From positions 2,895 through 66,894 of the forward strand of contig JAABTN010000013.1 in the NCBI GenBank assembly GCA_011389895.1: DNA of 64,000 bases, written 5' to 3'. Position numbers and translations under genes: made by a program. Within the stretch, counting starts at the first letter, position 1. Each line of letters starts with the position of its first letter. Below the pieces are notes generated by a model. That model had not been told where the DNA came from and ran no database searches. It saw only the letters and a program-made list of their open reading frames with translations. Shown piece by piece: positions 1-9,515 of this stretch. Origin of the DNA: Maritimibacter sp. GTDB lineage: Bacteria > Pseudomonadota > Alphaproteobacteria > Rhodobacterales > Rhodobacteraceae.

Positions 1-635
1 TTGTGGTCATCGTAGAAAATGCCCCCAACGCCGCGCGCCCGTTTGCGGTGCGGGATGAAGAAATACTCATCCGCCCAAGCCTTGTAGCGGTCATGGTAAT
101 CGGCCCCGTGTGGGTCGCAGGCGGCCTTCATGGCGGCATGGAAATGCGCCGTGTCCGCGTCGTATTCGATACAGGGGTTGAGATCGGCCCCACCCCCGAA
201 CCACCATGTGCCGGGGGTCCAGAACATCCGCGTGTTCATGTGAACCGCCGGGGTGTGCGGGTTTTGCATATGGGCGACAAGGCTAATGCCTGAGGCCCAG
301 AACCGGGGGTCGGTCTCCATCCCCGGCACGCCGCGCGCGGCCATGGATTTCTGCGCCGCCGGGCCAAGTTCGCCGTAGACGGTCGAGATATTGACGCCGA
401 CCTTCTCGAACACCCGGCCACCGCGCATCACGCTCATCAACCCGCCGCCCGCGTCCGATCCATCATCGGAGGTGCGCTTGGTTTCGCTTACCGCGAACCG
501 GCCTGCGGCGTTTTCGGCAAAGGGGCCGGTCGTCTGGGTGTCTTCGAGGGTCTCGAAGGCCGCCACGATTTCATCGCGCAGGGTGCGAAACCATGCGCTG
601 GCGCGGGTTTTCTGGTCGTCCATCTGTTCGGTCAT
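1..635 (-). CDS. hemF: Oxygen-dependent coproporphyrinogen III oxidase (5' part; runs off window start)
   Basis: Manual minus-strand translation from ATG at 635 (GGAG upstream): MTEQMDDQKTRASAWFRTLRDEIVAAFE...GRVFEKVGVN...FWASGISLVAH...PAVHMNTR...WWFGGGADLNP...RARGVGGIFYD, the HemF signature segments. Confidence 0.95.
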   Translation of the reverse strand, partial: MTEQMDDQKTRASAWFRTLRDEIVAAFETLEDTQTTGPFAENAAGRFAVSETKRTSDDGSDAGGGLMSVMRGGRVFEKVGVNISTVYGELGPAAQKSMAARGVPGMETDPRFWASGISLVAHMQNPHTPAVHMNTRMFWTPGTWWFGGGADLNPCIEYDADTAHFHAAMKAACDPHGADYHDRYKAWADEYFFIPHRKRARGVGGIFYDDH

Positions 636-729
636 CGCGGCGCTCCTGTCGTCATCCGGTCCTTGCTACCGCAGGGCCGGGAAAAAGGGAATGTGCAGGT
701 CGCGCAACGTGCCGCACTGGTGCCCTGCA

Positions 730-1578
730 TCAATGATGATCGGTGTCGACCACGTCGATCACGGTGCGCCCGCCATCCACCGTGACCACCTGTCCGGTCA
801 TGAAGCGCGACGCGCCCGAGGCGAGGAAGTGGGCGGTTTCGGCCACCTCGCTGGCTTCCGCGATCCGGCCCAGCGGCGTGCCGCCGATCACGTCCTCGCG
901 CAAATTCGGGGCCTGCGCACAGGCGTCACGCAGGCTCGCGGACATGACCGAGCCGAAGCCAACCGCATTCACCCGGATCTTGTTCGGGGCGAGCGCCACC
1001 GCCATCGAGCGTGTCATCTGCTCCAACGCCGCCGAGGCGATGGAAAACGCCATGAGCTGCGGGCGCGTGCGCACCGCCGCGATGGACGTCAGGTTGATGA
1101 TCACCCCGATGGATTGAACATCTTCCTGCTCTTCGTCCTCGGCCTGCTGGATCATCCGCTTTGCCACCGCCTGCGTCAGCCTGAGCGCGCTCAGAAGGTT
1201 CTGGTCAAGGAGCGTTTCGACCATCTTGTCATCGGTGTCGAGCGGATCGGACGCCGCCACTTGGCGCGAGGCATTCACAAGGATATCGACCCGGTCGAAG
1301 GCGTCGATGGTGGCCGACAGCAGGTTGGCGATGGTCAGCTTTTCACGCAGATCGCCCGCGAAGATACGCAGGTTGCCCCCCGGCGCGCTTTCTTCGCCCG
1401 CTTCCGGCAACACGTCCATCTCGGGGTTTGAGCCAAATTCTTCGGCGAGCTTGACCTCGTCCATGTCCGCGCAGATCACGTTCGCGCCCGCGTCGGCGAA
1501 TTGCCGGGCGATGGCGAGCCCGACGCCATTTGCTGCCCCGGTCACGATTGCGGTCTTGCCCGCGATGGAAAACGACAT
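730..1578 (-). CDS. SDR family oxidoreductase with non-canonical active site
   Basis: TGAANGVG Rossmann motif, DILVN, RVNAVGFG, TGQVVTVDGG; YxxxK position reads FSIAS. Confidence 0.9.
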   Translation of the reverse strand: MSFSIAGKTAIVTGAANGVGLAIARQFADAGANVICADMDEVKLAEEFGSNPEMDVLPEAGEESAPGGNLRIFAGDLREKLTIANLLSATIDAFDRVDILVNASRQVAASDPLDTDDKMVETLLDQNLLSALRLTQAVAKRMIQQAEDEEQEDVQSIGVIINLTSIAAVRTRPQLMAFSIASAALEQMTRSMAVALAPNKIRVNAVGFGSVMSASLRDACAQAPNLREDVIGGTPLGRIAEASEVAETAHFLASGASRFMTGQVVTVDGGRTVIDVVDTDHH

Positions 1579-1617
1579 GTCAGGTCTCCTGATTCGTCCG
1601 TGTCAGCCCAGACAGGA

Positions 1618-2586
1618 TCATCCCTTTGAGCGCATGGGTTTGGCAGCTTTCAGCACCTTGAAACCGGGTGTGCCCCCGACCTTGTCAACATCGCGAAACA
1701 CCTCGGCCAGCCTATCTTCGTAGGGTAAATGGCGATTGGCCACCACCCAAAGCTGCCCGCCCGGTTTCAGGATGCGTGCGGCCTGATCGAGAAAGGCGCG
1801 GCCAAGGGCGGGGTCGCCCGCGCGGCCCACGTGAAACGGCGGGTTGGTCACCACCGCGTCCACCAGCGTATCGGGTTTGAACCGGGTCGCATCGGCCCAG
1901 TGAAACCGGGCGCGTGGATCGGTGACATTTTCGCGGGCACAGTCCAGCGCGGTCAGGTCCGCTTCGACGATGTCGAGCGTCATCACCTTGTCCGAAGCAA
2001 GGATACGGCGATCGAGAAACCCCCAGCCAGCGCCGAGATCGACCACATGCCCCGATAAGTCAGGCAGCGCATCGACGAGCGCGAGACTGCCCTTGTCCGG
2101 CCCATCGGCAGAAAAGACGCCCGGCCGGGTGACAAAACCGTCAACGGTGCGCGGTCCGCCCGCCCAAGCGGTCAGATCGGGGGCGGCAAGCCAGAACACC
2201 TTGCCATGTGCCTTGGCCAAGGTGCCCTCGGGTGGTGCGATGGTTTTCATGGCTTTCAGGATCGTCGCGATCCCGTCGGTCTTTTGCCCGTCCACCACCA
2301 GAAGATCACAACAGGCTGCCGCCTGAGCGATCAAGGCACGCGCGGCGTCCTTGGCGCGGGGCAGGGCGACGATTGCGGTCTGGTAATGGCCCTCGGGGGC
2401 CTGCAACACGCGGTATCCGCGCGCCTGCCAAGCCTCAACATCCGGGTAGAACCGGCTGATCACCTCGACCCGCTCCGGGTCGAGCGCGGAGAGGTCCATG
2501 TCGGGCGCGGGCGCGAAAACCGAGATCCGGCCTTCGGGCAGCGCAAGCGCGCCGGTCTCCAGCGCGTGGGTCAGGCGGGCTGACAT
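1618..2586 (-). CDS. Class I SAM-dependent methyltransferase, RsmC/MTS-like
   Basis: VVDLGAGWG SAM motif, VTNPPFH, LWVVANRHLPY. Confidence 0.85.
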   Translation of the reverse strand: MSARLTHALETGALALPEGRISVFAPAPDMDLSALDPERVEVISRFYPDVEAWQARGYRVLQAPEGHYQTAIVALPRAKDAARALIAQAAACCDLLVVDGQKTDGIATILKAMKTIAPPEGTLAKAHGKVFWLAAPDLTAWAGGPRTVDGFVTRPGVFSADGPDKGSLALVDALPDLSGHVVDLGAGWGFLDRRILASDKVMTLDIVEADLTALDCARENVTDPRARFHWADATRFKPDTLVDAVVTNPPFHVGRAGDPALGRAFLDQAARILKPGGQLWVVANRHLPYEDRLAEVFRDVDKVGGTPGFKVLKAAKPMRSKG

Positions 2587-2592
2587 GGCGGG

Positions 2593-2919
2593 TTATTCCC
2601 GCTCCATGGTGCACTGCAGGGGATGCTGGTTCTGGCGGGCCATTTCCATGACCTGATTCACCTTGGTCTCGGCGATCTCGTAGGAAAACACGCCAACGAC
2701 GGCGAGCCCCTTCTTGTGCACCGTCAACATGATCTCGAACGCTTGCGCGTGGTTCATGCCGAAGAACCGTTCCAGCACCATGACGACAAATTCCATCGGT
2801 GTGAAATCGTCGTTGAGAAGCAAGACCTTGTAAAGCGGGGGGCGCTTGGTCTTCGGCTTCGTCTTGACTGCAAGTTCGGTGTCCCCGTTAAACGGGTTGT
2901 CGTCGTCGTCGCCTGCCAT
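2593..2919 (-). CDS. clpS: ATP-dependent Clp protease adaptor ClpS
   Basis: [17 protein letters not shown]...[13 protein letters not shown]...QHPLQCTME; start placed at MAGDDDD (a slightly upstream start is possible). Confidence 0.95.
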   Translation of the reverse strand: MAGDDDDNPFNGDTELAVKTKPKTKRPPLYKVLLLNDDFTPMEFVVMVLERFFGMNHAQAFEIMLTVHKKGLAVVGVFSYEIAETKVNQVMEMARQNQHPLQCTMERE

Positions 2920-3037
2920 GAGGATGGGTTCGAAGCGCAAAAGGCTCTCCAATTGGTCCGGTCTGGTCTGCTTGAGGACGTTAATATAGCGAGAGATAGG
3001 GCTAAATAAAGGGGGCGGTAAAGCCGCAAATGCGCAA

Positions 3038-3739
3038 ATGTCCTTGAAATTGGAAACGATTGCCTTCGATGCGGACGATACGCTTTGGCAAAACGAGCAG
3101 TTTTTCCAGCTCACCCAGGAACGATTCGCCACCCTTCTGGCCGATCATGCGCCGCGCGATCACCTTGAGGCGCGGTTGCTGGCGGCTGAGCGCCGGAACC
3201 TTGGCCACTATGGCTTTGGGATCAAGGCGTTCATGCTTTCGATGATCGAAACGGCGATCGAGGTGACGGAGGAAAAGGTGCCCGCCTCGGTGATCTCCGA
3301 GATCATCGCAGCCGGGCAGGAGATGCTGTCGCACCCGATCGAGCTTTTGCCGGACGCGCGTGAAACCGTGGCTGCGCTGACCGACAGCTATCACATTCTT
3401 CTGATCACCAAGGGTGATCTGCTGGACCAGGAGCGCAAGCTGGCGCAATCGGGGCTGGGCGATCTGTTCGACGGGGTCGAGATCGTGTCGGACAAGACCG
3501 CAGGGGTTTATGCCGAAATCTTCCGGCGTCACGGCACGGCGCCGGAGCGGGCCATGATGGTGGGAAACTCGATCAAATCCGATGTCATCCCGGCGATCGA
3601 GGCGGGGGGATGGGGCGTGCATGTGCCCCATGACCTGACCTGGGTGTTCGAGCATGCCGAACCGCCAGTGCACCATCCGCGGTTTTGCAAAATTGCGTCG
3701 CTCGGGGGGTTGCCCGAGGTCGTCGCACGGGTCGCCTGA
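3038..3739 (+). CDS. HAD-superfamily hydrolase
   Basis: Motif I FDADDTLW, motif II ITKGD, motif [12 protein letters not shown]. Confidence 0.9.
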   Translation: MSLKLETIAFDADDTLWQNEQFFQLTQERFATLLADHAPRDHLEARLLAAERRNLGHYGFGIKAFMLSMIETAIEVTEEKVPASVISEIIAAGQEMLSHPIELLPDARETVAALTDSYHILLITKGDLLDQERKLAQSGLGDLFDGVEIVSDKTAGVYAEIFRRHGTAPERAMMVGNSIKSDVIPAIEAGGWGVHVPHDLTWVFEHAEPPVHHPRFCKIASLGGLPEVVARVA

Positions 3740-3929
3740 CGCGCCACATTTCTGCCGTAATCAACCTGTTGATGTGTCCGACCCGGAACACGCTATATAT
3801 GGCGAGACCTGCGCAAAATGCCGCAAGTTATTTCGATCATTCGCTATTTTCGAATTCGACAGGCCGTGCTACGGTCATGCCAAGCAGAAACGGGCACAAA
3901 AAAACAATCGCCCGGAGAGTGAGGCAGTG

Positions 3930-5591
3930 ATGGTACGCGACAGGATCGGTCGTATCGGGCAAGGTGTCCGTCTTCTCGTTGTATTGATCGGGGTGATGAC
4001 CCTTCCGCTCGGGGCGCTCGCCGCCCCCTATGCGGCCATGGTGATGGATGCGCGCACCGGCGAGGTTTTGCATGCGCGCAATGCCGATACTCAGCTTCAC
4101 CCGGCCTCCCTGACCAAGATGATGACGCTCTACATCGCGTTCGAGGCGGTGAAGAACGGCGAGATCGATCTTGATTCGCTCGTGACGATTTCGCAAAACG
4201 CTGCCTCCGAAGTGCCCTCGAAGATCGGGTTTCGCGCCGGGTCGCAGGTGCGCGTGCGGTACTTGATCCGGGCCGCGGCGGTGAAATCGGCGAACGATGC
4301 CGCAACCGCGCTGGGCGAGGCGATCTCGGGGTCGGAACAGGCCTTTGCCCGCCGCATGAACCGGACCGCCAAGGCGATCGGCATGAGCCGCACGAATTTC
4401 AAGAACATGCACGGGCTGACACAGGCCGGGCACATGTCGACCGCGCGGGATATGACCCTGCTTGGTCGCCAGCTTTTCTTCGACCACCCGGAATATTACA
4501 ACCTGTTCTCCCGTGAATCCGCCAATGTCGGGGTCAAGACGGTGTATCACACCAACCGGCGTTTTCTGAGCGACTATGCCGGGGCGGACGGGATCAAGAC
4601 CGGCTATACCCGTGCGGCCGGGTTCAACCTCGTCGCGTCGGCGCGGCGCGGGGACAAACGCATTATCACCACCGTGTTCGGCGGCCAATCGACCGCCTCC
4701 CGCAATGCCAAGGTGGCCGAGTTGATGGACATGGGGTTCCGCCGTGCATCGTCGCGCGTCGCCGCGCGCGCGCCTGCAAAGCCCCCCTACCTTGGAAATT
4801 CCGGGATCGGGGCGGGCGCGCCGGACATGGTCGCCAATGCGCCCGGCGTGCTGGATCCGGGCGGGGTCGGCAAGACGATCCGCATCGCGGTCGCACCGAA
4901 GAAATCCATCCATCCCAAACCCCGCCCGGCCCCCGAGCCGGTCCTGACCGCCGAAATGGCCGAAGAGGTGGAAGAGGTTCTGGGGACCGTTCTCGCGGAA
5001 GCCACCGAAGCGGAGGTGACCGAACCGGAGACCGCGGAAGCCGCCACAGACGCCGCCGTGGTGGCCGCCAAAAACGCGGTCACGCAGGCCACCACAGACG
5101 CGGTCGCGCAGTCCGAGGCCCCGACGCCCGAGCCGACGGGGGACAGCGCGCCGACGCGTGACGACGCCCAACAGGTGGCCGATGCCGAGACCGAGACCGC
5201 GCGCATCATCGCCGCCTCGCTCGCCGCGCCAAAGGCGGCACCGCAGCCGCCGGAACGCCCCGAAGGTGTCATCCTCGCTTCCGTCGAACGCTCGGCCCCA
5301 CAAGGAAGCGCGGCCCCACAGGTCGTGACCCGTATGTCGACCTCGGGCGGGCGTCATTGGGGCGTGAATGTCGGCGTCTACACCACGCATTACGAGGCGC
5401 AGCGGGTGCTTTTGAAAACCGCCCTCAGCGATCTCACAAGTCTGAGCGACGCGTTGCGCAAGGTCTCGAAAACCCGGCAGGGGTTCAACGCCAATTTCGT
5501 CGGCCTGACCCAAGAGGGCGCGGACCTTGCCTGCCGCCGATTGGCCGCGCGCAACACCTCCTGCACCGTGATCACGCCGACGGGAAGTTGA
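3930..5591 (+). CDS. D-alanyl-D-alanine carboxypeptidase (peptidase S11) with Ala/Glu/Thr-rich linker and C-terminal SPOR-like domain
   Basis: Signal-like N-terminus, HPASLTKMM (SxxK), KSANDAA, DGIKTGYT (KTG), C-terminal WGVNVG...A...C...C segment. Confidence 0.9.
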   Translation: MVRDRIGRIGQGVRLLVVLIGVMTLPLGALAAPYAAMVMDARTGEVLHARNADTQLHPASLTKMMTLYIAFEAVKNGEIDLDSLVTISQNAASEVPSKIGFRAGSQVRVRYLIRAAAVKSANDAATALGEAISGSEQAFARRMNRTAKAIGMSRTNFKNMHGLTQAGHMSTARDMTLLGRQLFFDHPEYYNLFSRESANVGVKTVYHTNRRFLSDYAGADGIKTGYTRAAGFNLVASARRGDKRIITTVFGGQSTASRNAKVAELMDMGFRRASSRVAARAPAKPPYLGNSGIGAGAPDMVANAPGVLDPGGVGKTIRIAVAPKKSIHPKPRPAPEPVLTAEMAEEVEEVLGTVLAEATEAEVTEPETAEAATDAAVVAAKNAVTQATTDAVAQSEAPTPEPTGDSAPTRDDAQQVADAETETARIIAASLAAPKAAPQPPERPEGVILASVERSAPQGSAAPQVVTRMSTSGGRHWGVNVGVYTTHYEAQRVLLKTALSDLTSLSDALRKVSKTRQGFNANFVGLTQEGADLACRRLAARNTSCTVITPTGS

Positions 5592-5594
5592 CGG

Positions 5595-5612
5595 GCACCG
5601 CGCCGCCGGTGC
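5595..5612. terminator. GC hairpin between convergent genes
   Basis: gcaccg-N6-cggtgc inverted repeat between the stops at 5591 and 5619; no clear U-tract. Confidence 0.35.
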
Positions 5613-5618
5613 GGCCCC

Positions 5619-7226
5619 TTACATCGACGCGCCCTTGGTCGCCTTGATGTCGAAGGCGGCGGCCATCAGGGCGCGTGTGTATTCGGTTTGCGGGGCATCG
5701 AATACCTGATCCACGTCACCCTGTTCGACCACGTCGCCCGATTTCATCACCATCACCTTGTGGGCCAGCGCCCGCACGACACGCAGGTCGTGCGAGATGA
5801 ACAGATAGGCCAGCTTATGCTTGCGCTGGAGGTCGCGCAGAAGTTCGACGATCTGCTGTTGCACAGTCATGTCGAGCGCCGAAGTCGGCTCATCCAGCAC
5901 CAAAAGCTTCGGGCGCAGGATCATCGCACGGGCGATGGCGATACGCTGCCGTTGCCCGCCGGAAAACTCGTGCGGGTAGCGATGCATCGTGACCGGGTCG
6001 AGCCCGACTTCGGTCATGATCTCGGCCACCACGGCTTCCCGGCTCTGGCCGCTGGGAAGCCCGTGCACATCGAGCCCCTCGGTGATGATCTCGGCGCAGG
6101 TCATGCGTGGTGAGAGCGATCCATAGGGGTCTTGGAACACGATCTGCATATCCCGGCGCATCGCCCGAAGCGCGCGCGCTTTGCGCCCTTGGATGTTGTC
6201 ACCGAGAAAGACAATCGCCCCGTCCGAAGAAATCAGCCGCATCACCGCGAGCGCCAGCGTGGTCTTGCCCGACCCGCTTTCGCCCACGATCCCCACGGTC
6301 TCGCCCGCCCGCACCGACAGGGTGGCGGCATTGACCGCTTTCACATGCCCCACCGTGCGGCGCAGAAACCCGCGCTGGATCGGGAACCAGATGCGCAGAT
6401 CTTGGGTAGCGGCGATTTCGGGGGCATCGGCGGCAACCGGGTCCGGCTGGCCCGCCGCATGCGCCGACAACAGCATCCGGGTATAGTCATGGCGGGGGTT
6501 GGAAAACAGCGCCTCGGTCTGCCCTTGTTCCACGATCAGCCCGTCTTTCATCACGTAGACGCGGTCAGAGATCCGGCGCACGATCCCGAGGTCATGGGTG
6601 ATGAAGAGCATCGACATGTGTTCGGTGCGCTTGAGATCGGCAAGAAGGTCGAGGATCTGCGCCTGTATGGTCACGTCGAGCGCGGTGGTCGGCTCATCCG
6701 CGATCAAAAGGTCGGGGTTGTTGGCCAGCGCCATCGCGATCATCACGCGCTGGCGTTGCCCCCCGGAGAGCTGGTGGGGATAGGCGGTGATCCGGGTTTC
6801 CGGGTCGGGAATGCCCACCCGTTTGAGAAGCTCGATGATCCGGTCCTGAAGGGCCTGTCCCTCCAGCCCTTGGTGCAGCTGGATCGATTCGCGCAGTTGC
6901 TTTTCCAGCGTGTGCAGCGGGTTGAGCGAGGTCATCGGTTCCTGGAAGATGAAGCTGATGTCATTGCCCCGGACCGCGCGCAGCCGTTCGTCGGGGGCCC
7001 CTACCATCTGCTGGCCATCATAGGTGACCGATCCGCTGATCGTCGCGCTTTCGGGCAGAAGCGACACGGTCGAGAGCGCCGAGACCGACTTTCCCGACCC
7101 GCTTTCCCCGACCAGCGCGACCGTTTCGCCTTTGCCGACCTCGAAGGACACGCCCTTGACCGCCGGGATGTCGCGCCCGTCCTGCCGAAAGCTCACACCG
7201 AGGTTGTCGACCTTGAGAAGGCTCAT
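5619..7226 (-). CDS. yejF: Peptide ABC transporter dual-domain ATPase (YejF-like)
   Basis: Two GESGSGK Walker A motifs, two (L/F)SGGQRQR signatures; ATGA overlap with upstream permease. Confidence 0.9.
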   Translation of the reverse strand: MSLLKVDNLGVSFRQDGRDIPAVKGVSFEVGKGETVALVGESGSGKSVSALSTVSLLPESATISGSVTYDGQQMVGAPDERLRAVRGNDISFIFQEPMTSLNPLHTLEKQLRESIQLHQGLEGQALQDRIIELLKRVGIPDPETRITAYPHQLSGGQRQRVMIAMALANNPDLLIADEPTTALDVTIQAQILDLLADLKRTEHMSMLFITHDLGIVRRISDRVYVMKDGLIVEQGQTEALFSNPRHDYTRMLLSAHAAGQPDPVAADAPEIAATQDLRIWFPIQRGFLRRTVGHVKAVNAATLSVRAGETVGIVGESGSGKTTLALAVMRLISSDGAIVFLGDNIQGRKARALRAMRRDMQIVFQDPYGSLSPRMTCAEIITEGLDVHGLPSGQSREAVVAEIMTEVGLDPVTMHRYPHEFSGGQRQRIAIARAMILRPKLLVLDEPTSALDMTVQQQIVELLRDLQRKHKLAYLFISHDLRVVRALAHKVMVMKSGDVVEQGDVDQVFDAPQTEYTRALMAAAFDIKATKGASM

Positions 7227-8404
7227 TGAAAGGTCTTTCGCGGGTCGAAGGCGTCCCGCACGCCCTCGAATATGAAAACGAGGAGCGACAAGAGCACGGT
7301 AAAGGTGATGAAGGCGGTAAAAGCCAGCCACGGCGCCTGCAGGTTCTGTTTTGCCTGCCGGGTCAGCTCGCCCAGCGAGGGCGACGAGGACGGCAGCCCG
7401 TAGCCGAGAAAATCGAGCGCGGCGAGCGTGCCGATGGTGCCGGTGATGATGAAAGGCAGCATGGTCAGAGTTGCCACCATGGCGTTGGGCAGCATGTGAC
7501 GGAACATGATGGTGCGGTTCGATACGCCGAGAGCCTTGGCCGCGCGCACGTATTCGAAATTCCGGGCCCGCAGGAATTCCGCCCGCACCACGCCCACGAG
7601 GGCGGGCCACCCGAAGAGGACCGTGACGAAGACCAGAAGCCAGAAACTTCGCCCGAGAATCGCGAAGAGGATGATGATGACGTAAAGCGACGGGGTGGAG
7701 GCCCATATTTCCAGGATGCGCTGGAATACAAGGTCAAGCCAGCCCCCGAAATACCCCTGCACCGCCCCCGCCGCGATCCCGACGAGAGACGTGGCGACGG
7801 TCACGATGATGGTGAAGAACACCGACAACCTGAAGCCATAGATGATCCGCGCCAACACATCGCGCGCGGTGTCGTCGGTGCCAAGCCAATGGTTCGCGTC
7901 CGGGGCCGAGGGGGCGGCGGTGCCGATATCGTTGATCGTGTCGTAGCTATACGGGATCGGGGGCCAAAGCATCCAGCCGGTGGTGATCGGCGCACCCGCG
8001 ATCTCGCCATCTTCGGCGTCCTCGATCGTGGCGCGGGGATCGTCCCAACATCTTTGCGAGCCTTGCGAGATGATCAGGCATTTCACCTCGATGTCCGAAT
8101 ACACCGCTTCGGTCCGGAAATCGCCGCCAAAGGCGGTCTCCGGATAGAATTGGAAAATCGGCATGTGGAGCTTGCCATTGTAGCTCACCAAGATCGGTTT
8201 GTCGTTGGCGATGAATTCGGCAAACAGCGTGAGGCCGAAGATCAACGAGAAGATGATGAGCGACCAGAACGCCCGGCGATTGCGTTTGAAATTGCGCCAG
8301 CGTCGCTGGTTCAGGGGCGACAGGAACGGACGCTTGCGCGGGGGTATCGGCGCGGTCTGGGCCGGTGTGCGGGTGTTGGGCGAGGTTTCGACGGGGTCCG
8401 TCAT
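7223..8404 (-). CDS. yejE: Peptide ABC transporter permease (YejE-like)
   Basis: LSPLNQRRWRNFKRNRRAFWS, HWLGTDDTARDV, RAEFLRARNFEYVRAAKALG. Confidence 0.9.
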   Translation of the reverse strand: MTDPVETSPNTRTPAQTAPIPPRKRPFLSPLNQRRWRNFKRNRRAFWSLIIFSLIFGLTLFAEFIANDKPILVSYNGKLHMPIFQFYPETAFGGDFRTEAVYSDIEVKCLIISQGSQRCWDDPRATIEDAEDGEIAGAPITTGWMLWPPIPYSYDTINDIGTAAPSAPDANHWLGTDDTARDVLARIIYGFRLSVFFTIIVTVATSLVGIAAGAVQGYFGGWLDLVFQRILEIWASTPSLYVIIILFAILGRSFWLLVFVTVLFGWPALVGVVRAEFLRARNFEYVRAAKALGVSNRTIMFRHMLPNAMVATLTMLPFIITGTIGTLAALDFLGYGLPSSSPSLGELTRQAKQNLQAPWLAFTAFITFTVLLSLLVFIFEGVRDAFDPRKTFQ

Positions 8405-8405
8405 C

Positions 8406-9500
8406 TCACACCTCGCGCTTTTCAAAGTCGATGCGCGGATCGACCAGCACATACATCAGGTCCGAGAGAATGCCGATCACAAGACCCACGAGGCCAAAGA
8501 CGAACAGCGTGCCGAAGATCACCGGGTAATCGCGCGCCACCGCCGCTTCGAACCCGAGCCGGCCAAGCCCGTCGAGCGAGAAGATCGTCTCGATGATCAG
8601 AGACCCGCCGAAAAAAACCGCGATGAACAGGCCCGGAAAACCCGCGATCACGATCAGCATCGCGTTGCGGAACACGTGGCCATAAAGAACCCGGCTTTCC
8701 TTTACGCCCTTGGCGCGGGCAGTGATCACGTATTGCTTTTTGATCTCGTCGAGAAAGCTGTTTTTCGTCAGCAACGTCAGCGTCGCGAAGCTCGCGATGG
8801 TCGAGGCAAAGACCGGCAGCGCGATGTGCCAGAAATAATCCAACACCTTCCCGATCAGCGAGAGATCCTCCCAGTTGTCCGAGGTGAGGCCGCGTAGCGG
8901 GAAAATCTGCCAATAGGTGCCGCCTGCGAACAACACCAAAAGCAGGATCGCGACGAGAAAGCCGGGTATGGCATAGGCGACGATGATCAGCCCCGAGGTC
9001 CACGTGTCGAACCGCGACCCGTCATTCACCGCTTTGCGGATGCCCAGTGGGATCGACACGAGATAGGCGATCAGCGTCGACCACAGGCCAAGCGTGATCG
9101 AAACGGGGAGCTTTTCCGCCACCAGTTCGAAAACCCCGATCGACCGAAAGTAGCTCTCGCCAAAGTCGAGCCGCATGTAGTTCCAGATCATATTGAAGAA
9201 ACGCTCGACAGGCGGTTTGTCGAACCCGAATTCGCGTTCAAGCTCTTCGATAAACTCGGGGGGCAGGCCGCGCGCACCGGCATATTCGCTCCCGCCCTGC
9301 ACGTCGGACCCGCTGGTATCGGCGAAATCACCGCTCCCGCCGGAGATCGCGCCGAACACGTCGCCCTCGCCCTCGATCTGGGCGATGATCTGTTCGATCG
9401 GCCCGCCAGGGACGAATTGGGTGAGTGTGAAGTTGATGACCATGATCCCGAACAGCGTCGGAATGATGAGCAGCAACCTGCGGAGAATATAGGCGCCCAT
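8406..9500 (-). CDS. yejB: Peptide ABC transporter permease (YejB-like)
   Basis: [43 protein letters not shown]-terminus. Confidence 0.92.
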   Translation of the reverse strand: MGAYILRRLLLIIPTLFGIMVINFTLTQFVPGGPIEQIIAQIEGEGDVFGAISGGSGDFADTSGSDVQGGSEYAGARGLPPEFIEELEREFGFDKPPVERFFNMIWNYMRLDFGESYFRSIGVFELVAEKLPVSITLGLWSTLIAYLVSIPLGIRKAVNDGSRFDTWTSGLIIVAYAIPGFLVAILLLVLFAGGTYWQIFPLRGLTSDNWEDLSLIGKVLDYFWHIALPVFASTIASFATLTLLTKNSFLDEIKKQYVITARAKGVKESRVLYGHVFRNAMLIVIAGFPGLFIAVFFGGSLIIETIFSLDGLGRLGFEAAVARDYPVIFGTLFVFGLVGLVIGILSDLMYVLVDPRIDFEKREV

Positions 9501-9515
9501 GGGGTCCTTTCGCCT

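Noticed and set aside
3-1431. Plus-strand ORFs 3..293 and 391..1431
   Set aside because: They are antisense shadows of hemF and the SDR; the minus-strand frames carry the family motifs.
2593-3132. clpS without adjacent clpA; 179-aa ORF call
   Set aside because: As I recall, separation from clpA is common in Rhodobacteraceae; the ORF's upstream extension overlaps the divergent HAD gene and is not ClpS-like.
3760-3773. Palindrome ATCAAC-CT-GTTGAT as an FNR box
   Set aside because: The half-sites are in the reverse order of TTGAT-N4-ATCAA, so it is not an FNR site; no other support.
4900-5330. Low-complexity Ala/Glu/Thr/Pro tract in the carboxypeptidase
   Set aside because: Ordinary flexible linker between S11 and SPOR-like domains; no exact nucleotide repeats.
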